A DNA stretch of 24,000 nt from Nitrososphaeraceae archaeon (GTDB lineage Archaea > Thermoproteota > Nitrososphaeria > Nitrososphaerales > Nitrososphaeraceae). Position numbers and translations under genes: made by a program. The notes under the pieces are model-generated. The model worked only from the letters and a program-made list of their open reading frames with translations. It was not told the DNA's origin and did not search any database. Each line of letters starts with the position of its first letter. Within the stretch, counting starts at the first letter, position 1. Of the stretch, positions 7,392 through 14,472 are shown piece by piece. The DNA lies in assembly GCA_019246625.1 (NCBI GenBank), contig JAFAQB010000431.1:1-24000 (forward strand), given 5' to 3'.

Positions 7392-8072
7392 TTGCAGATA
7401 CACCAAGGATATGGTAACGTCAGGAAATTCTTTAATTCTGAGAATGCCTCTAGTTATGATTCTATCGTACATTTTACTACTTTTGGTCGAGATTCTTCTT
7501 GGAAAAAGCAGATTATAAATATCATCACTAACCAAGGTTCGGTTCTTGATCTTGCTTGTGGAACAGGAATCCTTTCTTCAATGCTTACAGATAATGTTGT
7601 GATGATGAGGGTGATTGGTTTGGATTTGGTATTTGATTATTTACGAATTGCTAAAAAGAAAAGAAAAAATTTCCTTCTTACTAATGGAACAGCAGAAATA
7701 CTGCCTTATAAGTGTGAATGTTTTGATTTTGTAGTATCATCATATCTAGCAAAATACGTCGACATTAAAAGAGTTGTAGATGAATGCTGGCGTATTCTAA
7801 ACCACGACGGTACAATAGTTTTTCATGATTTTACTTATCCAAAAAACATTTTACTGCAGAATTTTTGGAGAGCCTATTTTGTGATTTTGAAAATGATGGG
7901 TTATCTAGTCAAATCGTGGAGGGTTGTTTTCCATGAGTTGTGCCAAGTAATAAGGACTAGTGGCTGGGTTGCACAAATGACGGAGTCGCTTGAGGAGAGA
8001 GGATTTAAAAATGTATCATGCAAGTACTATACATTTGGGATGGCTGCAATCATCTCTGCCATAAAACCATGA
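7392..8072 (+). CDS. UbiE/MenG/COQ5-family SAM-dependent C-methyltransferase
   Basis: 226 aa. The family signature is present end to end: YDSIVHFTTFGRDSSWKK (cf. YDxxNxxxSxGxHRxWR), VLDLACGTG, AEILPYKCECFDFVVSSY, ILNHDGTIVFHDF and the C-terminal YTFGMAAIISAIKP. TTG at 7392 is the only in-frame start. Confidence 0.8.
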   Translation: MQIHQGYGNVRKFFNSENASSYDSIVHFTTFGRDSSWKKQIINIITNQGSVLDLACGTGILSSMLTDNVVMMRVIGLDLVFDYLRIAKKKRKNFLLTNGTAEILPYKCECFDFVVSSYLAKYVDIKRVVDECWRILNHDGTIVFHDFTYPKNILLQNFWRAYFVILKMMGYLVKSWRVVFHELCQVIRTSGWVAQMTESLEERGFKNVSCKYYTFGMAAIISAIKP

Positions 8073-8794
8073 ATAAAGATACCCGTTTAAATGAATGGTT
8101 CGTACCAAAATTTGGGCCTCTCAGGTTTCGGATTTTTATAGGGTTACTGTTCATTCCATATACTGGGATGTGTATATCCTTTACAATAATAGGTTCCATG
8201 CTATCCAATAATATAGCGTGGGATCGAGTCGGAGCACTTGTTCTTATATATGCACTGGCCCTTGGAATATCTGCTCATGCAGCTGATGGTCTAGGTTCAC
8301 GAAAGACAAAGCCTTGGGGTAATTACTTTAATAAGAAACAGTTATGGCTATTAGTAATATTGGGCCTAGTGGTGGCATATTCCATAGGGATTTATTATAT
8401 GGTGCTTTATGTACCATTACTCTGGCTAATAGCTATTCTAGAAGGATTTTTTATTTTTACATATAATTTCGAATTATTCAATGGATATTTTCATAATGAT
8501 TTGTGGTTTTCAATCGCTTGGGGTGTGTTGCCGCTATTGGCTGGGTTTATAATGCAAACAAATTCAATTGGAATTATGCCATTAGCTTTCTCTGCTATTG
8601 CGGGTGTTATTAGCTATATAGAAATTAAGATATCTAGACCTTATAAAGAATTAAAAAAAGGAATTGTACAAGATGATTGTCGTGTGAAAAGATTGGAAAC
8701 CGGTCTTAAAACAATTAGTTTGGCAACTATAGCGTTTGCTAGTGTGTCAGTTATTTATAGGCTCTTGTCAGATCATCATTTTTTTGATATTTGA
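8069..8794 (+). CDS. Unassigned integral membrane protein, about 7 TM helices
   Basis: ATG at 8069 overlaps the upstream TGA (ATGA at 8069-8072), and I prefer it to the track start at 8018. The 241-aa product has seven long hydrophobic segments. Polar motifs are AHAADGLGSRK and FHNDLWF. I could not find the canonical UbiA Asp-rich motifs. Confidence 0.7.
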   Translation: MNKDTRLNEWFVPKFGPLRFRIFIGLLFIPYTGMCISFTIIGSMLSNNIAWDRVGALVLIYALALGISAHAADGLGSRKTKPWGNYFNKKQLWLLVILGLVVAYSIGIYYMVLYVPLLWLIAILEGFFIFTYNFELFNGYFHNDLWFSIAWGVLPLLAGFIMQTNSIGIMPLAFSAIAGVISYIEIKISRPYKELKKGIVQDDCRVKRLETGLKTISLATIAFASVSVIYRLLSDHHFFDI

Positions 8795-8811
8795 AGTGTT
8801 TGTGTAAGATA

Positions 8812-9306
8812 ATGGCTGTAGTTTCTATAGATATAGAAGATTTCAGAAGCATGATAGAAATAATTTCTGATCTTGAACATAAATCGAACCATAAACTCCA
8901 TTTGTTTGAAAAAATCCTCTTAGCTGAAACTGGAACTGTAGAGCAAGTCTTGAGTATACTGACAAATTCTGAGATTGTAGTAAAAATTTTGAAACAAAAG
9001 GAATCCTATCAATTAATTGAGCGGGAAGTAAATATCATTAACAAAAAAACAGGTAAAAAGCTAGGATATGCGAGATCAAATATTATTCCTTCTAATTTGC
9101 CTTATGAAATAATAAGCCAGATAAGACGTAAGGATGCTGGGATAGGGAGCATTATTACAACTGCTGAACTAGAGACATTCAGAAAAATCCTCAGAATAGG
9201 ATATAATTCGAGAACTAAATCAGTTTTTAGAATATATCAAATTATATATAAAGGAAACATAGGTTTTGAAATAAAGGAAGTTTTTCCGAGATTTGCCAAA
9301 ACTTAA
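8812..9306 (+). CDS. Chorismate pyruvate-lyase-fold protein (UbiC / DUF98 / UTRA-like)
   Basis: ATG at 8812 is preferred to the TTG at 8791. The pattern matches the family: LLAETGTVEQVLSIL (cf. LLxxDGSxTxxLE), IEREVNII, YARSNIIPSNLP, ETFRKILRIGY and RIYQIIYKGNIGFEIKEVFP. Confidence 0.6.
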   Translation: MAVVSIDIEDFRSMIEIISDLEHKSNHKLHLFEKILLAETGTVEQVLSILTNSEIVVKILKQKESYQLIEREVNIINKKTGKKLGYARSNIIPSNLPYEIISQIRRKDAGIGSIITTAELETFRKILRIGYNSRTKSVFRIYQIIYKGNIGFEIKEVFPRFAKT

Positions 9307-9437
9307 CAATAACTATTTTCAAACTGTATTCATTCTACTATAACTTCAAAACTGAACTAACTTCTCTATCTTAGGATCAACCTCATTGTTGTTCTATCAT
9401 GTTGTATCGAAAACTGTTTTTAGGTCTGGTAGAGTAG

Positions 9438-9511
9438 TGGACCGGGTGGGATTTGAACCCACGACCTCAGCAATGCCAATGCCGTATCCTACCGGACTAG
9501 ACGACCGGCCC
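9438..9511 (-). tRNA. tRNA-Ala (anticodon GGC)
   Basis: Hand-folded 74-nt cloverleaf. The acceptor stem is GGGCCGG/CCGGUCC, including the G3:U70 alanine identity pair. The anticodon arm is CGGCA-UUGGCAU-UGCUG and the T arm is GUGGG-UUCAAAU-CCCAC. The discriminator is A. There is no intron and no encoded CCA. Confidence 0.9.
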
Positions 9512-9612
9512 CCCTACAGCAATATTCCAACAGTTTTATTTAGATATTAATACGTTTAACATGGAGAAACAATGTTATAACTATCCTATCATTTGTAAAG
9601 TATTGGTATAGA

Positions 9613-10038
9613 GTGGCGCTGGAACAGTCAATTGGAGCAGTAATAAAATATCAGCCTTCACCTGAAAATATAGAGTCTTCTGAATTTCTCCTGCTAAAAA
9701 ATAAGAGAGGTTTCTGGGGTTTTCCACAAGGACACAAAGAGAAGGGAGAAACTGAAATCCAAACTTTAATGAGAGAGGTATCAGAAGAAACGGGAATTAC
9801 CTATTTAGATATTCAATCATATGTTGGAAGGATTCGATATTCTTATTTTAAAGCAGATGGTATGAAAGCTGAAAAGGAGGTTAGGTTTTATTTTGCTACT
9901 ACGTCTACTAGGAAAATTAGGCTCTCTGCTGAACATGGTGGATTCATGTGGGTAACTTTTTTAGATGCTTTGTCTATACTTGATCATCGACAACTAAAAT
10001 CAATATTGGTTAAAGGTCATAGAAAAGGTCTATATTGA
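9613..10038 (+). CDS. Nudix hydrolase
   Basis: 141 aa with a GTG start. The Nudix box GHKEKGETEIQTLMREVSEETGI matches Gx5Ex7REUxEExGU. Confidence 0.85.
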   Translation: MALEQSIGAVIKYQPSPENIESSEFLLLKNKRGFWGFPQGHKEKGETEIQTLMREVSEETGITYLDIQSYVGRIRYSYFKADGMKAEKEVRFYFATTSTRKIRLSAEHGGFMWVTFLDALSILDHRQLKSILVKGHRKGLY

Positions 10039-10117
10039 CTGCTTAAGAATGGATTTTCTGAGTGCGACGTTATAGTAATAGATTTATACTCAGGCTTAGA
10101 CGAAATAAAGAGAGGAA

Positions 10118-11692
10118 ATGAATGCTGGTAAGAGTATAGTTTTAACTGCGGATCGCAGTCTTATGACAAATTACAGAGGAAACTTCCTCTATGGCTTTAT
10201 TGCCTGCGGGCCTTATGAGCTCGTCCCTGAATTTGTATTTGACAAGTTGTTCTGCCCTAGCGTTGAGACTGATCAAAATACTGGAGGAGTCAAGGTTGCC
10301 CAATGTGGGTTAAGAAGAATTGAAGCAGCTCTTTTAAAAGAGTATAAACGCGAGGATATTTTCCTTGCACATCCGGAAATGCTTTACAAATGTATTGGAT
10401 CAGAAACCAAAGTTGTGGGAATTAACGTAATGGATCCACTTGGTATGGCGCCAGTTACTACTACAATGTCGCCTGAAAAACTGTCCTATGTAGCTATGAA
10501 ATTTAAGAAGATGTGTGCATCTATTATTCAATTAAAAAAGAAATTTAAATTCAAAGTCGTAGTTGGCGGAAATGGTGCATGGGAACTAGCAAAGCCTGAC
10601 AGGATGAAAATTCATGGAATTGATACCGTTGTGATAGGAGAAGCTGATGAACTCGCTCTTGACCTTTTCCATGATTTAGAGATAGGTGATGCGCCAGAAT
10701 TATTGCACACTTTTGTTAGAAATATTGAAAATATTCCTATGATTCGTGGCCCGACTATAAATTCTTTGATTGAAGCTATGCGTGGTTGTGGGAGAGGCTG
10801 TGACTTTTGTGACGTTAATAAGCGTTCAAAGAAGGATATTCCATTGGAGCGATTACAGGAGGAGGCTAAAATTAATTTGAAATATGGTTTTGACTCTATA
10901 TGGCTTCAGTCAGATGAGATGCTACTTTATGGATGTGATAATAGAGACTTCATTCCAAATTCCGATGCAATCGTGAATTTATGGAAAGGATTGAAATCCC
11001 TAGGTGCAAACTTTGTAGGAACCACACATATGACGTTATCTGCTGTCGCATCTTCAGCCAGCCTTATCGAGAAACTTTCTAAAATTAATGAAATGGATGT
11101 AAGCGGGAGGTGGCTAGCAACTAATCTTGGTGTAGAGACAGTAGCGCCAAGGATGGTCAAAAAACACCTAGGTATAAAGGCAAAGCCATACCAACCAGAT
11201 GAATGGGGAGCAGTTGTAAGAGAAGGGTGTAAAATTCTAAACCAGAACCACTGGTTTCCGGCACTGACTTTGATTATAGGGTGGCCAGATGAAACGCCAG
11301 ACGAAACACAGTATACAATTGATCTTATTGAAGATTTTAGAGAAATGAATATGAGGGGTCTAGTTGCACCATTGCTTTATCAGGACTTTTCAGAAAGGAA
11401 TTCGATGCACTTTGGAAACCTGAATGAAGCACAGTTTACATTGTTTTGGAAATGCTGGGAGCATAATCTTAGAGTCATCAATGACATCATTCCAATCATT
11501 ATTAGAAATAAGACGTATGGTCCAGCAATGAAAGTATTCATGGCAGGGTTGATAAAAACAGGAACGTGGGCTATACTGAGATATCTTAAAGGATTGTCAA
11601 AAGACCTCTTTAATGGTCAAGTCCCTGAAGACATTATAGATAAATATTCCAGAAAAAGATCCGTGACTGCGTCATTACCACCACGGCTCTGA
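10118..11692 (+). CDS. Radical SAM enzyme with an N-terminal B12-binding-like (Rossmann) domain, function unassigned
   Basis: 524 aa. The CxxxCxxC motif is MRGC224GRGC228DFC231. It is preceded by KVVVGGNGAW...DTVVIGEADE, typical of COG1032-type enzymes. The N-terminus is IVLTADRSLMTNYRGNFLYGFIACGP...AQCGLRRIEAALL. Confidence 0.85.
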   Translation: MNAGKSIVLTADRSLMTNYRGNFLYGFIACGPYELVPEFVFDKLFCPSVETDQNTGGVKVAQCGLRRIEAALLKEYKREDIFLAHPEMLYKCIGSETKVVGINVMDPLGMAPVTTTMSPEKLSYVAMKFKKMCASIIQLKKKFKFKVVVGGNGAWELAKPDRMKIHGIDTVVIGEADELALDLFHDLEIGDAPELLHTFVRNIENIPMIRGPTINSLIEAMRGCGRGCDFCDVNKRSKKDIPLERLQEEAKINLKYGFDSIWLQSDEMLLYGCDNRDFIPNSDAIVNLWKGLKSLGANFVGTTHMTLSAVASSASLIEKLSKINEMDVSGRWLATNLGVETVAPRMVKKHLGIKAKPYQPDEWGAVVREGCKILNQNHWFPALTLIIGWPDETPDETQYTIDLIEDFREMNMRGLVAPLLYQDFSERNSMHFGNLNEAQFTLFWKCWEHNLRVINDIIPIIIRNKTYGPAMKVFMAGLIKTGTWAILRYLKGLSKDLFNGQVPEDIIDKYSRKRSVTASLPPRL

Positions 11693-11693
11693 T

Positions 11694-12029
11694 CTATATT
11701 TTAGATTCCAAATATGTAATTGCGCTGTCTGCTACGGTTGCTCTTTTGGGAGTCAAGACAATGAAATAATTCTTGTCTGCACGTTCGACTGCAGTAACTG
11801 TCTTATATTTCTTTGTTGCAATATCAAATTCTATCATTCCTGGTTCCAATGTATTTTTTGTATAAACCATCATTAATACGTCTCCTGATAATGGGGTTAA
11901 TGGTACTATCGAAAATACATAGCCTTTATATGAGCTAACAGGCAGAACTTGCTTCATATAAGGTGCAATAGATATAAGATAAAGAAAAACATCTTCTATG
12001 GTTGAGAATTCTTCGACTTCAAATCTCAT
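11694..12029 (-). CDS. Hypothetical protein, 111 aa
   Basis: ATG start, 62 nt downstream of the FNR gene on the same strand. Its stop is 1 nt from the radical SAM stop on the other strand. I do not recognise a family. Confidence 0.5.
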   Translation of the reverse strand: MRFEVEEFSTIEDVFLYLISIAPYMKQVLPVSSYKGYVFSIVPLTPLSGDVLMMVYTKNTLEPGMIEFDIATKKYKTVTAVERADKNYFIVLTPKRATVADSAITYLESKI

Positions 12030-12091
12030 ATGATATCCTGCAATGTTTCCATGATATAAGGATTTAAAAAGTGAAAATAATATAATGGAAT

Positions 12092-12934
12092 CTATCCATA
12101 TGACTCAAATTTGACCTCATAGCTACCATCTTTTCTCTTATTACGTTCAGTAACGAAACCTTTTGGAACCAGATAATCTAGCGATCCGTCTACAGTTCCT
12201 TGCCATCCACATACATAAAAAGAAGTATTTTCAGTGGTTATCTTTTCACCTACTAATTCCTCAAGCGGTGACCGATCAGTTCCTGCTTTGGGCCTCAAGA
12301 ATGTTTCCACTCTGCCTTTTTGACCTCCCCATGATCTATTGAACCATTCTTGAGGTCTACTAATACTTGCTCTGTATCGGAAGTTCCATTTATCTCTACC
12401 ACTATCGATGCTTTCTTGTTCCAATTCCGTTAATAATTCACGATAGCTTAATTCGTCTACGTAACTTGCCCCGTGTAATACAACTATCTCGCGCCTGCTT
12501 CCAATTGCTTTCATGTGCAAGGAGTACGATATGAAGGGAGCCAAACCTGTTCCGCCTCCTATTAGGACCATCCTTCTATTATCAGGAGCACCATTGTGCA
12601 ATTTTTCATTAATGGTAAAAATACCAGTTGGTTTCACCCATATGATCTCATCTCCTTCTTTTTTACTAAATAACTCTGTAGTTAAACGTCCAGGGACTGG
12701 CTTTCTTACCCACCTTATAACTAGTTCAAAAGATTTTTTTTGCTCAGGTTGAGAAGCAATAGAATATGCTCTACGAACAATTTTTCCTTCAGTCGGTATG
12801 TGGAGGCCTAATGTAACAAACTGACCTGCTTTGAAGTCTGGAATAGGGCCGTCATTAGGTGTCACGCGGAAGATTGCTAGGTCTTCTTTGAGTACCCGAA
12901 TATATGAAATCGTACCCTTATTATCAACTACCAT
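12092..12934 (-). CDS. Ferredoxin-NADP(+) reductase (Fpr-type flavoprotein)
   Basis: 280 aa. It has the RAYSIAS FAD-binding motif (RxYS), the GGGTGLAPF NAD(P)H-binding motif, CGWQG and a C-terminal aromatic ...FESYG. Confidence 0.85.
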   Translation of the reverse strand: MVVDNKGTISYIRVLKEDLAIFRVTPNDGPIPDFKAGQFVTLGLHIPTEGKIVRRAYSIASQPEQKKSFELVIRWVRKPVPGRLTTELFSKKEGDEIIWVKPTGIFTINEKLHNGAPDNRRMVLIGGGTGLAPFISYSLHMKAIGSRREIVVLHGASYVDELSYRELLTELEQESIDSGRDKWNFRYRASISRPQEWFNRSWGGQKGRVETFLRPKAGTDRSPLEELVGEKITTENTSFYVCGWQGTVDGSLDYLVPKGFVTERNKRKDGSYEVKFESYG

Positions 12935-13036
12935 TCAATTCTCACATCAATTTATACTAAATAAATATATTGTTACTTCATCTGTGTTAGTATTAGCAAG
13001 TAAATTTTATTTATAGATAATGCTTTATAGTTAATA

Positions 13037-13312
13037 TTGGAATGGTTTAAGAAGTCCTTTTCTTACACTGTTGACGAAATAGATCAACTTACACAGACGA
13101 TAAACGAACAAGGCTCAGAACAGCGAAAGGCAATGAATGCTTTTTCTAAAGCAATGAATAATTTTGCTACAGAAAGATCTCTCGAAACATGTCTTGAGGC
13201 TCTAAATACATCTATGCAGATTGCTAATATTAGAGGTAAACTAGTTGAATCATATGAATATTATGCAAGATTATTAGAAAAGGAAATTACTAGGATAAAC
13301 AAACGCACATGA
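13037..13312 (+). CDS. Hypothetical small helical protein
   Basis: 91 aa with a TTG start only. The composition is helical. No recognisable motif. Confidence 0.35.
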   Translation: MEWFKKSFSYTVDEIDQLTQTINEQGSEQRKAMNAFSKAMNNFATERSLETCLEALNTSMQIANIRGKLVESYEYYARLLEKEITRINKRT

Positions 13313-13455
13313 TGTAAATTATGCTAGATAATTGCCAAACTTTTAAACTCATATAACAGTGCTTGGGAAATACCTATTAACTTGTCGCCTTGAAAGTTAT
13401 TAGTAGAAAATATTACCTTTCATCAACTTATTTCAAAATCATCTTAGCGCTGTAA

Positions 13456-13482
13456 CGAAATACACCACGAAGGTGTATTTTG
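13456..13482. terminator. Stable intergenic stem-loop (possible terminator or small structured RNA)
   Basis: AAATACACC (13458-13466) pairs perfectly with GGTGTATTT (13472-13480) across the loop ACGAA. The stem extends by G57:T81 and C56:G82 to 11 bp. The 3' arm, TATTT, runs into T81 to give a four-T run. It lies in the 281-nt gap between convergent genes. Confidence 0.3.
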
Positions 13483-13593
13483 AAGGTACAACAGGATTAA
13501 CAGCTCAATATCATAGCTTGGATTTGTTAGGGTATGATGAAGATACCGGTTCGGGCAGATCTGATAAAGCTTAAAACCAATAGAATCTGACTA

Positions 13594-14472
13594 TTACTGA
13601 AATACAATACGGTTTCTGATCATCCCGAGCTTTTCAATAGTAATCTCGACTATGTCACCGTCTTTCAAATACTTCGGTTCCTTCATTGACATTGCTACGC
13701 CTGCTGGAGTGCCTGTAGAAATGATATCTCCTGCTTCTATGGTCATTACCATGCTCAAACTTGAAATTATTCTCTTTATTGGCAATACCATGTTTATACT
13801 GGACGAATTCTGACGGGTCTCTCCATTGACTTTAGTGACGATTTTTAGATTTTGTGGATCTCCTACTTCCTCTTTAGTTGTAATCCACGGACCACATGGA
13901 GCAAAAGTATCGATACTCTTTGCACGAGTATATTGTTTGTCCTTGAACTGGATATCTCGAGAGGATACATCATGCAAAATCATGTATCCAAAGACATTCT
14001 CTAGGGCCTGATTTTCAGATACTTTTTTTGTATCTTCTCCAATTATCACTGCAATTTCTGCTTCATAATCTAAACGTTTTACAAATGATGGGCATATTAT
14101 ATCATTGAAAGGAGAATTCAGTGTAGTTCTTGGTTTCATGAATATTACAGGTTCATCGGAAGGTGTGAGCCCTGCATCTCTGGCGTGATCATAATAGTTG
14201 AACGCTAGACAGATTATCTTGGGTGGATTTGAAATGGGTGCCAAAAGTTCAATGTCTTCAACTCTGTGATTATACATTAATTTATTTTGATGTTCTTTTA
14301 CTTCATCTAACCAACCCTTAAACATAAATTCCTTAATGTTCGAAGGAATAGGAATACTAGTTTGTTCTTGAATTTCTGATTTAGTAATTAGTCGCTTTCC
14401 GTCATCAGAAATAACTGCATATGTATCTCCTTCCTTAGCATTCTTTATTCTTGCAATCTTCATTGTTGCCAT
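13594..14472 (-). CDS. Fumarylacetoacetate hydrolase (FAH) family protein
   Basis: 292 aa. Family blocks are PPKIICLAFNYYDHA, PVIFMKP, LDYEAEIAVIIG, GYMILHDVSSRD, APCGPW and GDIISTGTPAGV. The ATG abuts the gltX stop with 0 nt between. Confidence 0.9.
   Translation of the reverse strand: MATMKIARIKNAKEGDTYAVISDDGKRLITKSEIQEQTSIPIPSNIKEFMFKGWLDEVKEHQNKLMYNHRVEDIELLAPISNPPKIICLAFNYYDHARDAGLTPSDEPVIFMKPRTTLNSPFNDIICPSFVKRLDYEAEIAVIIGEDTKKVSENQALENVFGYMILHDVSSRDIQFKDKQYTRAKSIDTFAPCGPWITTKEEVGDPQNLKIVTKVNGETRQNSSSINMVLPIKRIISSLSMVMTIEAGDIISTGTPAGVAMSMKEPKYLKDGDIVEITIEKLGMIRNRIVFQ

Noticed and set aside
8018-8068. Longer N-terminus for the 7-TM protein; likewise TTG 8791 for the lyase-fold gene, TTG 17221 for GGPPS and GTG 20098 for mvk
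   Set aside because: In each case the track gives the longest possible ORF. In-frame ATGs that form ATGA overlaps or short gaps with the upstream stop are more plausible, although the alternatives cannot be excluded without data.
10927-11160. 77-aa ORF antisense to the radical SAM gene
   Set aside because: A shadow ORF inside a strongly supported gene.
10118-11692. The idea that this radical SAM gene is the missing third member of the AmmeMemoRadiSam trio
   Set aside because: As I recall, the trio partner is a PflA-like activase of roughly 330 aa without a B12-like N-domain. This protein is 524 aa with COG1032-type architecture and is not adjacent to either the A or the B component.
12513-13016. 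ORFs 12513..12752 and 12831..13016, opposite the FNR gene
   Set aside because: The first is a shadow frame wholly inside the FNR gene. The second is a shadow frame that runs on from the FNR start into the AT-rich promoter gap. Neither has a motif.
13534-13564. C/D-box sRNA-like motifs (ATGATGA ... CTGA)
   Set aside because: There is only one C-like and one D-like box, 20 nt apart. There are no C'/D' boxes and no terminal stem between the flanks, so it is too short for an archaeal C/D sRNA.
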